This document shows positions 27,779 through 37,737 of a DNA stretch of 64,000 nucleotides, one piece after another; positions within the stretch are counted from its first letter, which is position 1; the number at the start of each line of letters is the position of its first letter. The notes beneath the pieces were generated by a model. It made no database searches, had not been told where the DNA came from, and saw only the letters and a program-made list of their open reading frames with translations. The translations under genes were made by a program, and so were the position numbers. The stretch is from Candidatus Thorarchaeota archaeon. GTDB lineage: Archaea > Asgardarchaeota > Thorarchaeia > Thorarchaeales > Thorarchaeaceae. The stretch covers positions 1 through 64,000 of the forward strand of contig JBHLQH010000016.1 of NCBI GenBank assembly GCA_048884965.1. Reading direction: 5' to 3'.

Positions 27779-28903
27779 ATGACTGATATACATGACCTTG
27801 AGATAGGAGCACCCGGGCCGTTCCTCCCGCCATGGGATAGTGTAGAGAAGAATGCAAGAACCATCGACTCCTTGGGCTATGATAGCATGGCGTTTCCAGA
27901 TCACTTTGCAGGATTCATCCCCGAGAGCATCTGGACACCCGATGTCACACCTATGGCATTCATCCAGCAATCCCCGCATACATATTTTGAACTGAGTTCC
28001 ATCATGGCTGCGTGTGCAGTCGTCACTGAACATGTCAAGCTAATATCCGCGGTCACAGAACCACTTCGAAGACATCCCATACTTCTTGCGCAGACCTTCT
28101 TGACGTTGGATCATATCAGTAGAGGAAGAACGATACTGGGCATTGGAGCAGGTGAGATCGAGAATGTCGAACCCTATGGTCTCAAATACTCAGCTCAGGT
28201 TGGTAAACTCCGTGAAGCACTAGATATCATTAAGAAAGTCTGGAATACTCACGAGCCCTTTAGCTATGATGGAAAATATTGGAAACTAAAGGATGCAGTC
28301 ATGTCACTTCGTCCTGCCGTACAGGATACTCCCCCACCAATCTGGATCGCTGCCCATGGTCCGAAGATGCTAGAGATTACTGCAGAATATGGTGATGGGT
28401 GGATCCCAACGCTCCTGCAACCAAATGATTTCAGAGAGAAACTCAGTACGATAGAAAATCATAGGAAGAAACTGGGCAAGGAAGGTAAGTTCACAGCAGC
28501 GCTTTGGAACTGGGTTATCTTGGATGAGGATATGAACGAGTGCGAGAGGATGATGCGAACACCACTTGCAAAGGCTTTCGCACTACTTTATCCTGCTGCG
28601 GAATGGAAGAAGCTAGGTCATGACCATCCCTTCGGGTCAGAATTCTATAGTCTGCGAGATTATGTCCCTATGAGATATGACCGTCAAACTGTAATGGAAG
28701 CCATTGAGAACGTGCCTGATGAGGTTCTTAGAGAGTTCTATATGCTTGGGGATGGAGAAACCATCATCAAGAGCTTGGAGAAATATACCACAGCAGGATT
28801 GGACCACATGATTCTTTGGAATTCCACTGGTATGTTTGATTTGGAGAAAACGAGAGATTCATTCAAGATAATGAAAGAGGTCCTTGGTTATGTCAAAGGA
28901 TAG
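27779..28903 (+). CDS. LLM-class flavin-dependent (possibly F420) oxidoreductase
   Basis: GYDSMAFPDH, RRHPILLAQ..TLDHISRGRTILGIGAGE, PPIWIAAHGPKML, YGDGW. Confidence 0.88.
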   Translation: MTDIHDLEIGAPGPFLPPWDSVEKNARTIDSLGYDSMAFPDHFAGFIPESIWTPDVTPMAFIQQSPHTYFELSSIMAACAVVTEHVKLISAVTEPLRRHPILLAQTFLTLDHISRGRTILGIGAGEIENVEPYGLKYSAQVGKLREALDIIKKVWNTHEPFSYDGKYWKLKDAVMSLRPAVQDTPPPIWIAAHGPKMLEITAEYGDGWIPTLLQPNDFREKLSTIENHRKKLGKEGKFTAALWNWVILDEDMNECERMMRTPLAKAFALLYPAAEWKKLGHDHPFGSEFYSLRDYVPMRYDRQTVMEAIENVPDEVLREFYMLGDGETIIKSLEKYTTAGLDHMILWNSTGMFDLEKTRDSFKIMKEVLGYVKG

Positions 28904-29453
28904 AGTTGTATTAGTAACCCAGAACAAGCACAAGCTCAGGGAATTGAAACCATTGTTCGAGGAGTTTGATGTGGAGTTTGACACAATCTCGATAGAGAAA
29001 TGGGAAGTTCGCTCCAATGATGTAGAGACTGTAGCTCTGGAAGCTGCAAAGTATGCCCAAGCAGAATTGAAGAAACCTGTAGTAGTTGATGATACAGGCC
29101 TGTACATAGATGCTCTTGAAGGATTCCCAATGGCATATCCTTCATTCGTTCTGGAAACCATTGGGAAGAAAGGTATCCTAAAGCTTATGGAGGGCGTCGA
29201 AGATAGAGCAGCAATGTTTGTCAGCGCAGTCGGATTCTGCGATGGGACTACTATGCGTGCCTTCAAGGGAGTGATGAATGGAACGATTGGTTTCGAGGAG
29301 TTGGGAGAAGAAGGGTTTGGCTATGACCCGATTTTTATTCCTGAGGGGTATACAAATACCTATGCGCAGCTGACATTCGAAGAGAAGATTACAATCTCTC
29401 ATAGATCAAAAGCATTCAGGTCGTTCCTCGAATGGTATAGTCAGAAAAATTGA
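28890..29453 (+). CDS. Non-canonical purine NTP pyrophosphatase (HAM1/RdgB, ITPase)
   Basis: TQNKHKLRE, DDTGL.IDALEGFP, GFGYDPIF, ISHRSKA. Confidence 0.94.
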   Translation: MSKDRVVLVTQNKHKLRELKPLFEEFDVEFDTISIEKWEVRSNDVETVALEAAKYAQAELKKPVVVDDTGLYIDALEGFPMAYPSFVLETIGKKGILKLMEGVEDRAAMFVSAVGFCDGTTMRAFKGVMNGTIGFEELGEEGFGYDPIFIPEGYTNTYAQLTFEEKITISHRSKAFRSFLEWYSQKN

Positions 29454-29486
29454 TAATGGTCGATTCCTGATTTACCACTCATCAGG

Positions 29487-30275
29487 GTGGTGTTTTTCCT
29501 GTCCGTTAGTGAGTCGACGTTAAAAGCGCTGAAGGAAATGGGGCTGACTGAGTATGAGGTTCAAGCCTATGTTGTCTTGGTAGATGGTGGACAGATGGCT
29601 GCCTCAGACATCAGCTCGAAATCTGGAGTGCCATTCTCAAGGGTCTACGATGTCCTAGGGAGACTGGAAGAGAAAGGCTTCATCATCATCCAACGTGGCC
29701 GGCCCACTATGTACGTCGCGAAAGCACCCACAGAGATTGTTCGGTTAGTGAAGCTCGCATGGGAAGAGAGAATCGAACGCGCAAGTAGATCTGTAGTTGA
29801 GGAGCTTCAACCACGGTACGAGCAGGAAGTACCTGCGACATCCCGCGACGTTTGGCTATTGCATGGACGCCCTAACATTCTAGCAAAGGCATTAGAGATG
29901 CTTGAAGGAGCAAGAGAGGAGATTCTTCTCAGTCTTCCAACGCTTGATATGAGTGCCTATGCTGCAGAAGAGGAAGTAGAGGATCTTACTGCAATTGTCG
30001 AATCTGTGCTAAGACACAAGGTTGCGAAAGTCTATGTCTTGACTTCTTCGGTCCCAGAGGAATTGAAGGACATGATACCAGCCTCAGTAGTGGTACGCAC
30101 TCGTCCCGCGTTCGGTGCTGGCCTTGTAATTGATCGACGTGATGTACTCATCATGCTGGCAGGGAACGGTTCGAATGGTGATTTTCTGGGAGTCTTCAGC
30201 TCAGCACCGGTCTTTGCCGCGATGGCTTCAAGCTATTTCGATACACTGTGGAAGGAAAGCAAGCCAATATCATAG
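29487..30275 (+). CDS. TrmB-family transcriptional regulator
   Basis: GLTEYEVQAY, SGVPFSRVYDVLGRLEEKGF, GRP.MY; C-terminal effector domain ending YFDTLW. Confidence 0.9.
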   Translation: MVFFLSVSESTLKALKEMGLTEYEVQAYVVLVDGGQMAASDISSKSGVPFSRVYDVLGRLEEKGFIIIQRGRPTMYVAKAPTEIVRLVKLAWEERIERASRSVVEELQPRYEQEVPATSRDVWLLHGRPNILAKALEMLEGAREEILLSLPTLDMSAYAAEEEVEDLTAIVESVLRHKVAKVYVLTSSVPEELKDMIPASVVVRTRPAFGAGLVIDRRDVLIMLAGNGSNGDFLGVFSSAPVFAAMASSYFDTLWKESKPIS

Positions 30276-30365
30276 AGATGCAGCTGACTCAACAAAAAGT
30301 GGCAGGTTAAATTCAATGTCGGGGCACCATTCTATGTATTACTAACACTATTTTGGAGTGTTGAT

Positions 30366-31769
30366 GTGGTGACTACTGTAAAAGAGGATGCTGATGCTTC
30401 GATGACTGAGTCAAAGGATCCTGCATTTTGGGAGAAATTGTCACACTCAGCAAAAGCAGTGCTGAAGACTCTCAAGCAGTTGGAAGACAATCAGAACCTC
30501 GACCTCTTCCAACCAGGCCCCGAATTCTTCGAATTGAAGAAGATTGTCGCTACGTATCGAGGGGGTTGCTATTCAGCAGTCACACGTAGACTTGATCGTA
30601 TCGTATCAAAAGGCGGTGTCGATATCATAACCAGCTCTGACCTGATGTCCATCATCAGAGACCTATGGAATAGGAACATAAGCCGTTTAACCGAAACCGA
30701 ACTCAAGGTTCTCGAAGGTGTATTGAAGAACCCTGAGATGAGCATGAACGACCTTTCAACGAAGGTTGGATTGAGCTACTCAAGGACAAGAAGAGCCATA
30801 GAACAGCTGCGAGCGACAGGGATACTGAAACGTCAAGGACGACCCGATGCGGCGCTCCTAGGATTGGATCGCATTCTGATTATCAGTGAGAATCCATCTG
30901 GTATTTTGGGAAGCCCATACTTCACACGATTCTTGTATTCAGATGGTGCTACACCAAGGGTATTCGTTAAGGGCTTGATCCCCAGCAGAAAACGTCAGGA
31001 ATTTCTTCAAACAATTAGGACACTACGTTCTGTATCAGATTCTACCTCTGTCTGGGCACTTAGCTCAGGCGAACCTCGATTCTCGTTTTGCTATTATGAT
31101 AAGGAAAAGAAGAAGTTTGAGTTTGATCCTCTTCACTTCAGACTTCTCTTGAGAGCGGGGGGACAGGATCTTACAATCGGGTCATTCTCAATAGGTCAGA
31201 TACGGTTTCCAAATCGATTCAATGCCTCAGAGATCAAGATCATAGAGAGTCTTCTTGATGACTTTGATATGACTGCACAGCAGCTTGTGGAACGGACCGG
31301 AATATCGGAGTCCACCGCTTTCAGAAGACGAGGAAAGGTTCTCAGTGAGCACATCATCAGACCTCGACCCAAGATCTCCATCCCGTCATTGAGTGATAGG
31401 GTACTTGGTATCTTCTCTGCAGATTCTGCTGGGAATATCATCAATGCATGGACGCAGCTACCCCTCTCTTATGTTTCTCAATTAACAAACATGGATGACC
31501 CGCGGAAAAAGAAGATCCTCTTCGCTACTGCATTACCTGCGGGTAGTGCAAGAGACCTAATCGATGTGCTCTCCTCAGAGATGAGCCGCATTGATGATTA
31601 TGAGGTCTACGAGATCTCGGCAGGCACCAGACAGAACTTACCAGTGGCTTCACTCTATGACACGAAAGCCAAGCAGTGGTCATTCAATTCTGCATTCTTT
31701 GATGTCAGAAATTATGGTATTTGCAGACGCGAAGCATCACGCTATGACATACCCTTGGACCTTGCCTAA
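30366..31769 (+). CDS. Multi-HTH (duplicated Lrp/AsnC-like) protein
   Basis: Two wHTH units: LTETELKVL..NPEMSMNDLSTKVGLSYSRTRRAIEQL and FNASEIKII..MTAQQLVERTGISESTAFRR. Confidence 0.6.
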   Translation: MVTTVKEDADASMTESKDPAFWEKLSHSAKAVLKTLKQLEDNQNLDLFQPGPEFFELKKIVATYRGGCYSAVTRRLDRIVSKGGVDIITSSDLMSIIRDLWNRNISRLTETELKVLEGVLKNPEMSMNDLSTKVGLSYSRTRRAIEQLRATGILKRQGRPDAALLGLDRILIISENPSGILGSPYFTRFLYSDGATPRVFVKGLIPSRKRQEFLQTIRTLRSVSDSTSVWALSSGEPRFSFCYYDKEKKKFEFDPLHFRLLLRAGGQDLTIGSFSIGQIRFPNRFNASEIKIIESLLDDFDMTAQQLVERTGISESTAFRRRGKVLSEHIIRPRPKISIPSLSDRVLGIFSADSAGNIINAWTQLPLSYVSQLTNMDDPRKKKILFATALPAGSARDLIDVLSSEMSRIDDYEVYEISAGTRQNLPVASLYDTKAKQWSFNSAFFDVRNYGICRREASRYDIPLDLA

Positions 31770-31818
31770 GAACGGAAACCCATATGTGGTACTCTGTGAG
31801 TCAAATTGATGAGAACGC

Positions 31819-32754
31819 ATGGTCGAAGTCATTTTCCTAGGTTCAGGTGGTTCGATTCCAACAGAGGAGAGAAGACATCCTGCTATTTTGCTACGTCATG
31901 AAGCATACAATATCCTCTTCGATGCAGGCGAAGGAGTGCAGATGCGTATTGAGAAATATGGTGTGAATCGTAAGATGGCTATCTTTTGCAGTCACACTCA
32001 CCCTGACCATACGATCGGAATCATCGGTCTCCTGCTCCGTTTCAGTCTGATGGGAAGACAGAATCCGCTTGAGATTTACGGCCCAACTAACATTATTCCA
32101 TGGGTCAAGTTTGCACAAGAGTCAATCCACCTAGGCACGACGTTTCCAACTACTGTGTACGGAATCGAGAATGGTCATCTCTGGGAAGCTGCAAATGCTA
32201 CGGTCCAAGCTTTCGATGTTTCCCATAGAGGACCTGCACTGGGGTATGCGTTTGAGTACAGACGGCTAACAGGCAAGTTCTTACCAGACAAAGCGGAGGA
32301 ATTGGGAATACCAAAGGGGCAGCTCTGGGGTAAGTTAGCTGCAGGAGAGTCCATCATATTGGATGATGGGAGAAAGATCACTCCAATGGATGTTACCTTA
32401 CCTCCTCAACGGAGCTTGAAGATTGTGTATAGCGGAGACACTCGTCCGTGCGATAGTCTGAGAGAGGCTGCAAAGGATGCAGATATTCTAATCCATGAGG
32501 CAATGTATGCGGACAGTCATTCACAGCTTGCAGATGAAAGAGGTCACTCAACAGCAAGGCAAGCTGCTTCAATCGCCTCCGATGCAGGTGTGCGGCTCCT
32601 CGTCTTGACGCACTATAGTCCAAGATATGAGAATGGGAGTATCATTCTGGAGGAGGCGAAGGAGATCTTCTCAAACACGATAGTCGCACAAGATATGATG
32701 AGTATCACACTCTCATATGACGGAGAGATGAAGGTGAAGCACCAGAAAGACTAG
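31819..32754 (+). CDS. rnz: Ribonuclease Z
   Basis: FLGSGGSIP, LFDAGEG, SHTHPDH, exosite GIPKGQLWGKL, YSGDTRP, LIHEA, GHST, LTHYSPRY. Confidence 0.95.
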   Translation: MVEVIFLGSGGSIPTEERRHPAILLRHEAYNILFDAGEGVQMRIEKYGVNRKMAIFCSHTHPDHTIGIIGLLLRFSLMGRQNPLEIYGPTNIIPWVKFAQESIHLGTTFPTTVYGIENGHLWEAANATVQAFDVSHRGPALGYAFEYRRLTGKFLPDKAEELGIPKGQLWGKLAAGESIILDDGRKITPMDVTLPPQRSLKIVYSGDTRPCDSLREAAKDADILIHEAMYADSHSQLADERGHSTARQAASIASDAGVRLLVLTHYSPRYENGSIILEEAKEIFSNTIVAQDMMSITLSYDGEMKVKHQKD

Positions 32755-33956
32755 CGCAGTAGCCGTAAGGACTTCAAAGGATAGTGTCTAAGCATCCGTT
32801 TGGTAATATCAAATCTGATCTTGTTGATGGATCTCGCACCCAACGCCAAATCTATCATGTAATCTTGTAAGATTGGATCATTCTCTGCAAGCTCACACAC
32901 AAGCTCTACTTTTTCCCTCGACTTATAGGCTAGATTGGATACGAAATTCGCGGCGTTGAACTCAGTCTTCATCTCATGCTTCAGTCTGTGATCATAGAGC
33001 GCAACATGTAGTGGATTCTTATCTTGGACAGCCTCAAAGGCAACCTGCCCTGCGATGATCCCCGAGCGGATAGCATAGTATATCCCCTCACCAGTAATGG
33101 GAGATACTAAGCCTGCAGCATCACCAATGAGCATCGTACGTCGAGTTGTTAATCGCTTATCGAATCTGGCAAGAGGTACCCTATGAGCGCTATGTTTGGG
33201 TATGTCAAGTTTGATATCTTTCTCCTCTTCAAAACGGCGAACAAATCCTTTCCAGGCATCTCGCAGATTCGATATCTGATGCTTCATCTTATAGCCAATT
33301 CCAAGACTAATCTCATCACGTTTAGGAAAACACCAGCCATATCCATATTCGATGGCCCACGGATACATCTCAATCGCTAGATTTCCTTGCGATTCATCTG
33401 GAGCTAAGATTCTCTGTATCTCATCTGGAGGTAGAGGAATATCTGCAGCAATACACAATGCCACTCTTTCAGGAGGCCATTTGGTTCTCATACCAAGGCT
33501 ACGAGCGACCACGCTATTAACACCATCAGCACCTACAAGCAAGTGACCCTTGAAAGAGTCACCATGCGATAATATGCGGATGCCTTTCCTGATTTGCTCA
33601 ACCGATTTGATTTCAGTTCCATCAACTACCTCGACTCCAGCATCTCTTGCCTTGTCAAGTAGTAGTGTATCGAACTCGTCTCGTTTCACCAAGAATCCTT
33701 TTGCATCGTCCCGTACTATCACTATCTTTCGACCAGAGGGAGCGTAGACTATGGCACAGTGCATATCATGCTGTACAACCGAAGAGATATCAAAATCGAG
33801 CGTATTGATGATACGAGGGCTTAGAGCTCCGCCACATAGCTTATCCCGCGGAACTTCCTCCTTCTCAATAAGGACTACATCTAATCCCTTTCGGGCAGCT
33901 TCACGAGCACACGTAGATCCTGCAGGTCCACCTCCAACGACCATCAAATCATACAC
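32751..33956 (-). CDS. Geranylgeranyl reductase-family FAD oxidoreductase
   Basis: VVGGGPAGS, PRDKLCGG, VGADGVNS, GYGWCFPK, IGDAAGLVSPITGEGI. Confidence 0.9.
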   Translation of the reverse strand: MYDLMVVGGGPAGSTCAREAARKGLDVVLIEKEEVPRDKLCGGALSPRIINTLDFDISSVVQHDMHCAIVYAPSGRKIVIVRDDAKGFLVKRDEFDTLLLDKARDAGVEVVDGTEIKSVEQIRKGIRILSHGDSFKGHLLVGADGVNSVVARSLGMRTKWPPERVALCIAADIPLPPDEIQRILAPDESQGNLAIEMYPWAIEYGYGWCFPKRDEISLGIGYKMKHQISNLRDAWKGFVRRFEEEKDIKLDIPKHSAHRVPLARFDKRLTTRRTMLIGDAAGLVSPITGEGIYYAIRSGIIAGQVAFEAVQDKNPLHVALYDHRLKHEMKTEFNAANFVSNLAYKSREKVELVCELAENDPILQDYMIDLALGARSINKIRFDITKRMLRHYPLKSLRLLR

Positions 33957-33986
33957 ACAATAACACTCCAGAACTCATCTTCGTTT

Positions 33987-35084
33987 ATGTCAACATGGTT
34001 AAATTGGTCTTTTCTTTTGACGGTTTCTGAGGGAATCGGGTTGCCAGAAAAGAAAAAGGTCTGTATCATAGCGACAGGTGGCACAATTGCAAGTGTAAAT
34101 GATGAAAAAACCCATTCCCTGAGACCGGGACTCAGAGTAGATCAGCTTATAGCTACGCTTCCTAAAGGGATGACTGAGATTAGAGTCATTCAACGGGATC
34201 TTATGCAGATGGACTCGGCTAATCTTCAACCGCACCACTGGCAAGAGATATCATCTGAGATCAAACGTGCAAGCGAGGAGATTAGAGACCTGCGTGGTAT
34301 TATCGTCACGCATGGCACAGATACAATGGTATACTCTGCCTCTGCGGTAAGCTTCATGATCCAAGATCTAGGAATTCCTGTTGTATTCACAGGCTCTCAG
34401 ATTCCTGCGAGTATCCCATGGAGTGACGGTCCAAGGAACCTTCTTGATGCAATTCGTCTTGCTGCCTTTGCAGACCTCGGAGAAACATGTATTGTGTTCA
34501 ACGGTGAGATTCATCGCCCGACGAGGACAAAGAAGACCCGAGTGAATACCTATGATGCATTTGATTCGATGGACCCAAGACCCCTAGGAGTAATGGCTAG
34601 GGATATCATCCTCTATGAGGGAAGGAAACCACGTCATAATCTATTACCCAAATTCGATATGAAGCTGGATGATCGTGTATTCCTTCTGAAAGTATTTCCT
34701 GGAATTCCACCTCGAATTCTAGGAAGGATTGCAGATATGGGATATCATGGAATTGTGATTGAGGGATATGGAGAAGGCACTATCCCAAGCCAAGAGAATG
34801 CTCTTGCCGCTGGAATTAGCCAAGCAATCGCTGAAGGGTGCTTTGTGGTGATCAGTTCCCAATGTACGTATGGCGATGCGGATCTTTCCGTGTATGAAGT
34901 AGGACGAGCAGCATTAGAGGTAGGAGCGATGGGTGCTCACGATATGACATCAGAAGCGGCTCTAGTGAAATTAGCCTGGGTTCTTGGACATTCGAGAGAC
35001 CCTGTTGTAGTCAGGAAGATGATGCGGACAAACTATGTCGGAGAGATATCCTACAGACTGGATGACTCGTCAGTAGATGTCTAA
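33987..35084 (+). CDS. L-asparaginase type I
   Basis: IATGGTIAS, VTHGTDTM, VFTGSQ, SQC, DMTSEAA.VKL; lacks the GatD N-terminal domain. True start may be slightly downstream. Confidence 0.88.
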   Translation: MSTWLNWSFLLTVSEGIGLPEKKKVCIIATGGTIASVNDEKTHSLRPGLRVDQLIATLPKGMTEIRVIQRDLMQMDSANLQPHHWQEISSEIKRASEEIRDLRGIIVTHGTDTMVYSASAVSFMIQDLGIPVVFTGSQIPASIPWSDGPRNLLDAIRLAAFADLGETCIVFNGEIHRPTRTKKTRVNTYDAFDSMDPRPLGVMARDIILYEGRKPRHNLLPKFDMKLDDRVFLLKVFPGIPPRILGRIADMGYHGIVIEGYGEGTIPSQENALAAGISQAIAEGCFVVISSQCTYGDADLSVYEVGRAALEVGAMGAHDMTSEAALVKLAWVLGHSRDPVVVRKMMRTNYVGEISYRLDDSSVDV

Positions 35085-35153
35085 GACGTTGCAGAAAGGA
35101 TTTACAGTGATGCCGTCATCCTTAAATCAGTACCATTGTTCTCCAGAAATTAA

Positions 35154-35274
35154 GCCGAGGTAGCCAAGCCTGGATCACGGCGACAGCCTGGAATCCACGG
35201 TTGTCTTCGCGACCGTCGCCTAGACAGCTGTTCTCCAATAGGAGGCATGAGTTCGAATCTCATCCTCGGCGCCA
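35154..35274 (+). tRNA. tRNA-Ser(GGA) with 32-nt intron (35194-35225) at position 37/38; CCA encoded
   Basis: Acceptor stem GCCGAGG/CCTCGGC + G + CCA; anticodon stem ACAGC/GCTGT; anticodon GGA at 35190-35192; long variable arm; T-loop GTTCGAATC; bulge-helix-bulge CTGG-AAT / CTAG-ACA; TTAAA about 30 nt upstream. Confidence 0.93.
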
Positions 35275-35298
35275 TCTTCTATTCGAAATGCTTGGGAA

Positions 35299-35586
35299 TC
35301 AAGCTGAGTGAGGCTGCTTTGGCCTATCAGAGCTGGTCAGTAGTATCTTCTGGCCAAGATATATTCTGCATTTCGTGCAGTTGCAGCTACCTTCCTTATG
35401 CACATGGTAGCCAACATTCGTAGTACGCGGTGAGGAGGTTCTTGTCGATACGACCTTTCCACACAATGTGACATAGAGATCTTTCTCTCTCTGTCCATGC
35501 CATCTTCCTGCGATGTGACATAAGTCACCCTCTTTTTGGACGTACACTTTTCCCCGCGGTAGGATTTGCAATTCATCCTTCCTCAT
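35299..35586 (-). CDS. Small Cys/His-rich hypothetical protein (possible zinc finger)
   Basis: CHI...TLCG...CNCTKC pattern; fills the gap between the tRNA and the GTPase. Confidence 0.5.
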   Translation of the reverse strand: MRKDELQILPRGKVYVQKEGDLCHIAGRWHGQREKDLYVTLCGKVVSTRTSSPRTTNVGYHVHKEGSCNCTKCRIYLGQKILLTSSDRPKQPHSA

Positions 35587-35766
35587 AGATATTATGGTAA
35601 TTTGTTAAAAAAAGGGCTTCTATTACGTAATATCTGCGTTAATGGGTTCTTTGACTTCATCCAAATACAGTTTAAATCAGGGAGTCCACGAAATGTCCAA
35701 GATAGAATCTTTATCGTGTGTTACTAAGAGATATAGAACTTCTAGGATGACTCTGGTGGACCATCA

Positions 35767-36690
35767 ATGATACACACTACGTTACTGATACGTTTGAAAA
35801 GCAAGCGAACAGTAGCGAGTACTAGATATTGGACGACAAACGTGGCAAGGAAGGATATCGTTGAGTACTTGAAGTTGCGAGAGAAGGTACAGGAGGTAGC
35901 TGATGGTCGCCAAGATATCCCTCTAATCATTGAGGAGAACAAGTTCTTCAGTCAGATGTGTGGGTCTGACCTGCTCTTGATTTTTATTACAGATGTGGAT
36001 GAAGTAGATAGATCTGTGAATGAGAAGATAAGAAATGCAGCTGCATCCTTAGAACGGATTATTGACAAATTCACGATAAATCATATCAAAGAGACCTATG
36101 AGAAGAACATTGCACAGTTCGTTCATTCTCGATTGAAGATAGCGCTTGTTGGAGAAGGTGGTGTTGGAAAGACGACCACGCTTCACCTCTTGATGGGTAG
36201 GGCACCTCCAACGCAGTATATCCCTACTATTGCGTTGGGTATGGAAACCATCGAGAATATCCATTTTGCGAACTACTCTCTGGTCATCTGGGATTTTGCC
36301 GGACAAGAGAGATTTCGGCGACTATGGAAGTTCTATTTCAAAGGAGCTGACATCGTCTTCTTGCTCTCTGATTCCACCCTCAGAAATGTTCTCTTATCCA
36401 AAGAGATGTATCAGATGATAAAACGGGATGCACCTAATGTTCCTGTCGTTGTGATTGCCAACAAACAGGATAAGCCAAATGCGTTGGACCCATCGATCAT
36501 ACAGCGGATTATTGGGGTTGAAACCCATCCAATGGTGGCAATAGACATCGCCTATCGAGATGAGATTTTGGAGATTCTACTGAATACTGCTGCGAATCAC
36601 GTGAACGTAACCGTTCCCGACCTCCCCGCGGAAGAGCTCTTGCGATTTATTGATGAAGAGGAGCTGGATAAGACTGCGCAAGGTGAGTGA
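35767..36690 (+). CDS. Arf-like small GTPase with N-terminal extension (longin-like?)
   Basis: G1 GEGGVGKT, G2 YIPT, G3 WDFAGQERFR, G4 ANKQD; about 120-aa N-terminal domain. Confidence 0.9.
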   Translation: MIHTTLLIRLKSKRTVASTRYWTTNVARKDIVEYLKLREKVQEVADGRQDIPLIIEENKFFSQMCGSDLLLIFITDVDEVDRSVNEKIRNAAASLERIIDKFTINHIKETYEKNIAQFVHSRLKIALVGEGGVGKTTTLHLLMGRAPPTQYIPTIALGMETIENIHFANYSLVIWDFAGQERFRRLWKFYFKGADIVFLLSDSTLRNVLLSKEMYQMIKRDAPNVPVVVIANKQDKPNALDPSIIQRIIGVETHPMVAIDIAYRDEILEILLNTAANHVNVTVPDLPAEELLRFIDEEELDKTAQGE

Positions 36691-36707
36691 CCTGAATAAC
36701 AGCCACT

Positions 36708-37151
36708 CTACCCACCTGCAGGCTTCACAAACCATTCGCTTTCACGAGTCACTTTGACAAATCCAAGAATTAGGTTCCCTCTCTTGTCATCGAACTCATA
36801 GACTCCAAAAGTATGTTTCTCAGAGTCCTCACGAACCTCAAGCCATCCCCTTTGAAGGTAATGTCTAAAGACATCTCTGCATTGTCTGCGAACTTGTGAG
36901 AAGAGATTGCGGTATCGCCTCCGTTGAGATGAACGAATACCCCATCTCTCAAAGATGAATTGATTTGCTAGGGTATTGCTTGAAATCAATGTTGATGTCT
37001 TGTTCTTCTCAGAGTTGAGAATTGCCACTCTGAGCTTTTCCTTCAGTACATCAGGTACTGCAGCAAGAACTGAAGGACTTGGATCGTGAGGTATAGCACC
37101 ATCACTATTTTCAAATTCATTTGGGTCGCGCGGCAAATTGGATCTCTCCAA
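36708..37151 (-). CDS. Hypothetical protein
   Basis: 147-aa ORF filling the gap between the GTPase and uS13; no motif recognised. Confidence 0.5.
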   Translation of the reverse strand: MERSNLPRDPNEFENSDGAIPHDPSPSVLAAVPDVLKEKLRVAILNSEKNKTSTLISSNTLANQFIFERWGIRSSQRRRYRNLFSQVRRQCRDVFRHYLQRGWLEVREDSEKHTFGVYEFDDKRGNLILGFVKVTRESEWFVKPAGG

Positions 37152-37273
37152 AGGTATAATCGCACAATTCCTTATAGAGGCCTCGAAATTTCACTTTGTC
37201 TGATGATAAGTATTATAAGGAGACTTCAGAGAGCGAAGCAGGCCTCATGACTATCCACCTGAGGTTAGATACC

Positions 37274-37726
37274 ATGTCCGAACAAGAATACAAACACATC
37301 GTACGAATGGCCGGTCACGACATAGATGGCCAAGAGAACCTACTCCAAGGAATGACCAGAGTTAGAGGAGTTGGTGTCAGAATATCCAAGAGCATCATTA
37401 AGAGGCTCAACCTAGACCCTTCAAAGCGTCTAGGATATCTTACTGATGATGAGATTCATAGGATAGAGAACATCATCAAAAACCCTATAGAAGTAGACAT
37501 GCCTGATTGGTACGTGAATCGCCCTCGAGACAGAATGTCGGGCAGAATGCTGCATTTGATTGGATCGGACTTGGATTTTGCTAATAAAAACGATATTGAT
37601 AGACTCAAGAGAATTAAATCATGGCGTGGAACACGACACTCTTTGGGTCTTAAGGTGAGAGGCCAGCATACTCGCACTACTGGACGAGGTGGTGCCGCAG
37701 TTGGTGTATCACGTAAGAAAGCATAG
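37274..37726 (+). CDS. rps13: 30S ribosomal protein uS13
   Basis: HIVRMAGHDIDG, WYVNRPRD, SWRGTRHSLGLKVRGQHTRTTGR; start MSEQEY with GAGGT upstream. Confidence 0.96.
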   Translation: MSEQEYKHIVRMAGHDIDGQENLLQGMTRVRGVGVRISKSIIKRLNLDPSKRLGYLTDDEIHRIENIIKNPIEVDMPDWYVNRPRDRMSGRMLHLIGSDLDFANKNDIDRLKRIKSWRGTRHSLGLKVRGQHTRTTGRGGAAVGVSRKKA

Positions 37727-37737
37727 GTGAGTAGATT

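Noticed and set aside
33987-35084. GatD amidotransferase subunit
   Set aside because: It lacks the GatD N-terminal domain and has no adjacent gatE.
35154-35274. tRNA-Sec, or a Leu reading from the TAG in this region
   Set aside because: The BHB places the splice sites so that the mature loop is CUGGAAA (anticodon GGA); the TAG lies in the intron; the acceptor stem is 7 bp with a G discriminator.
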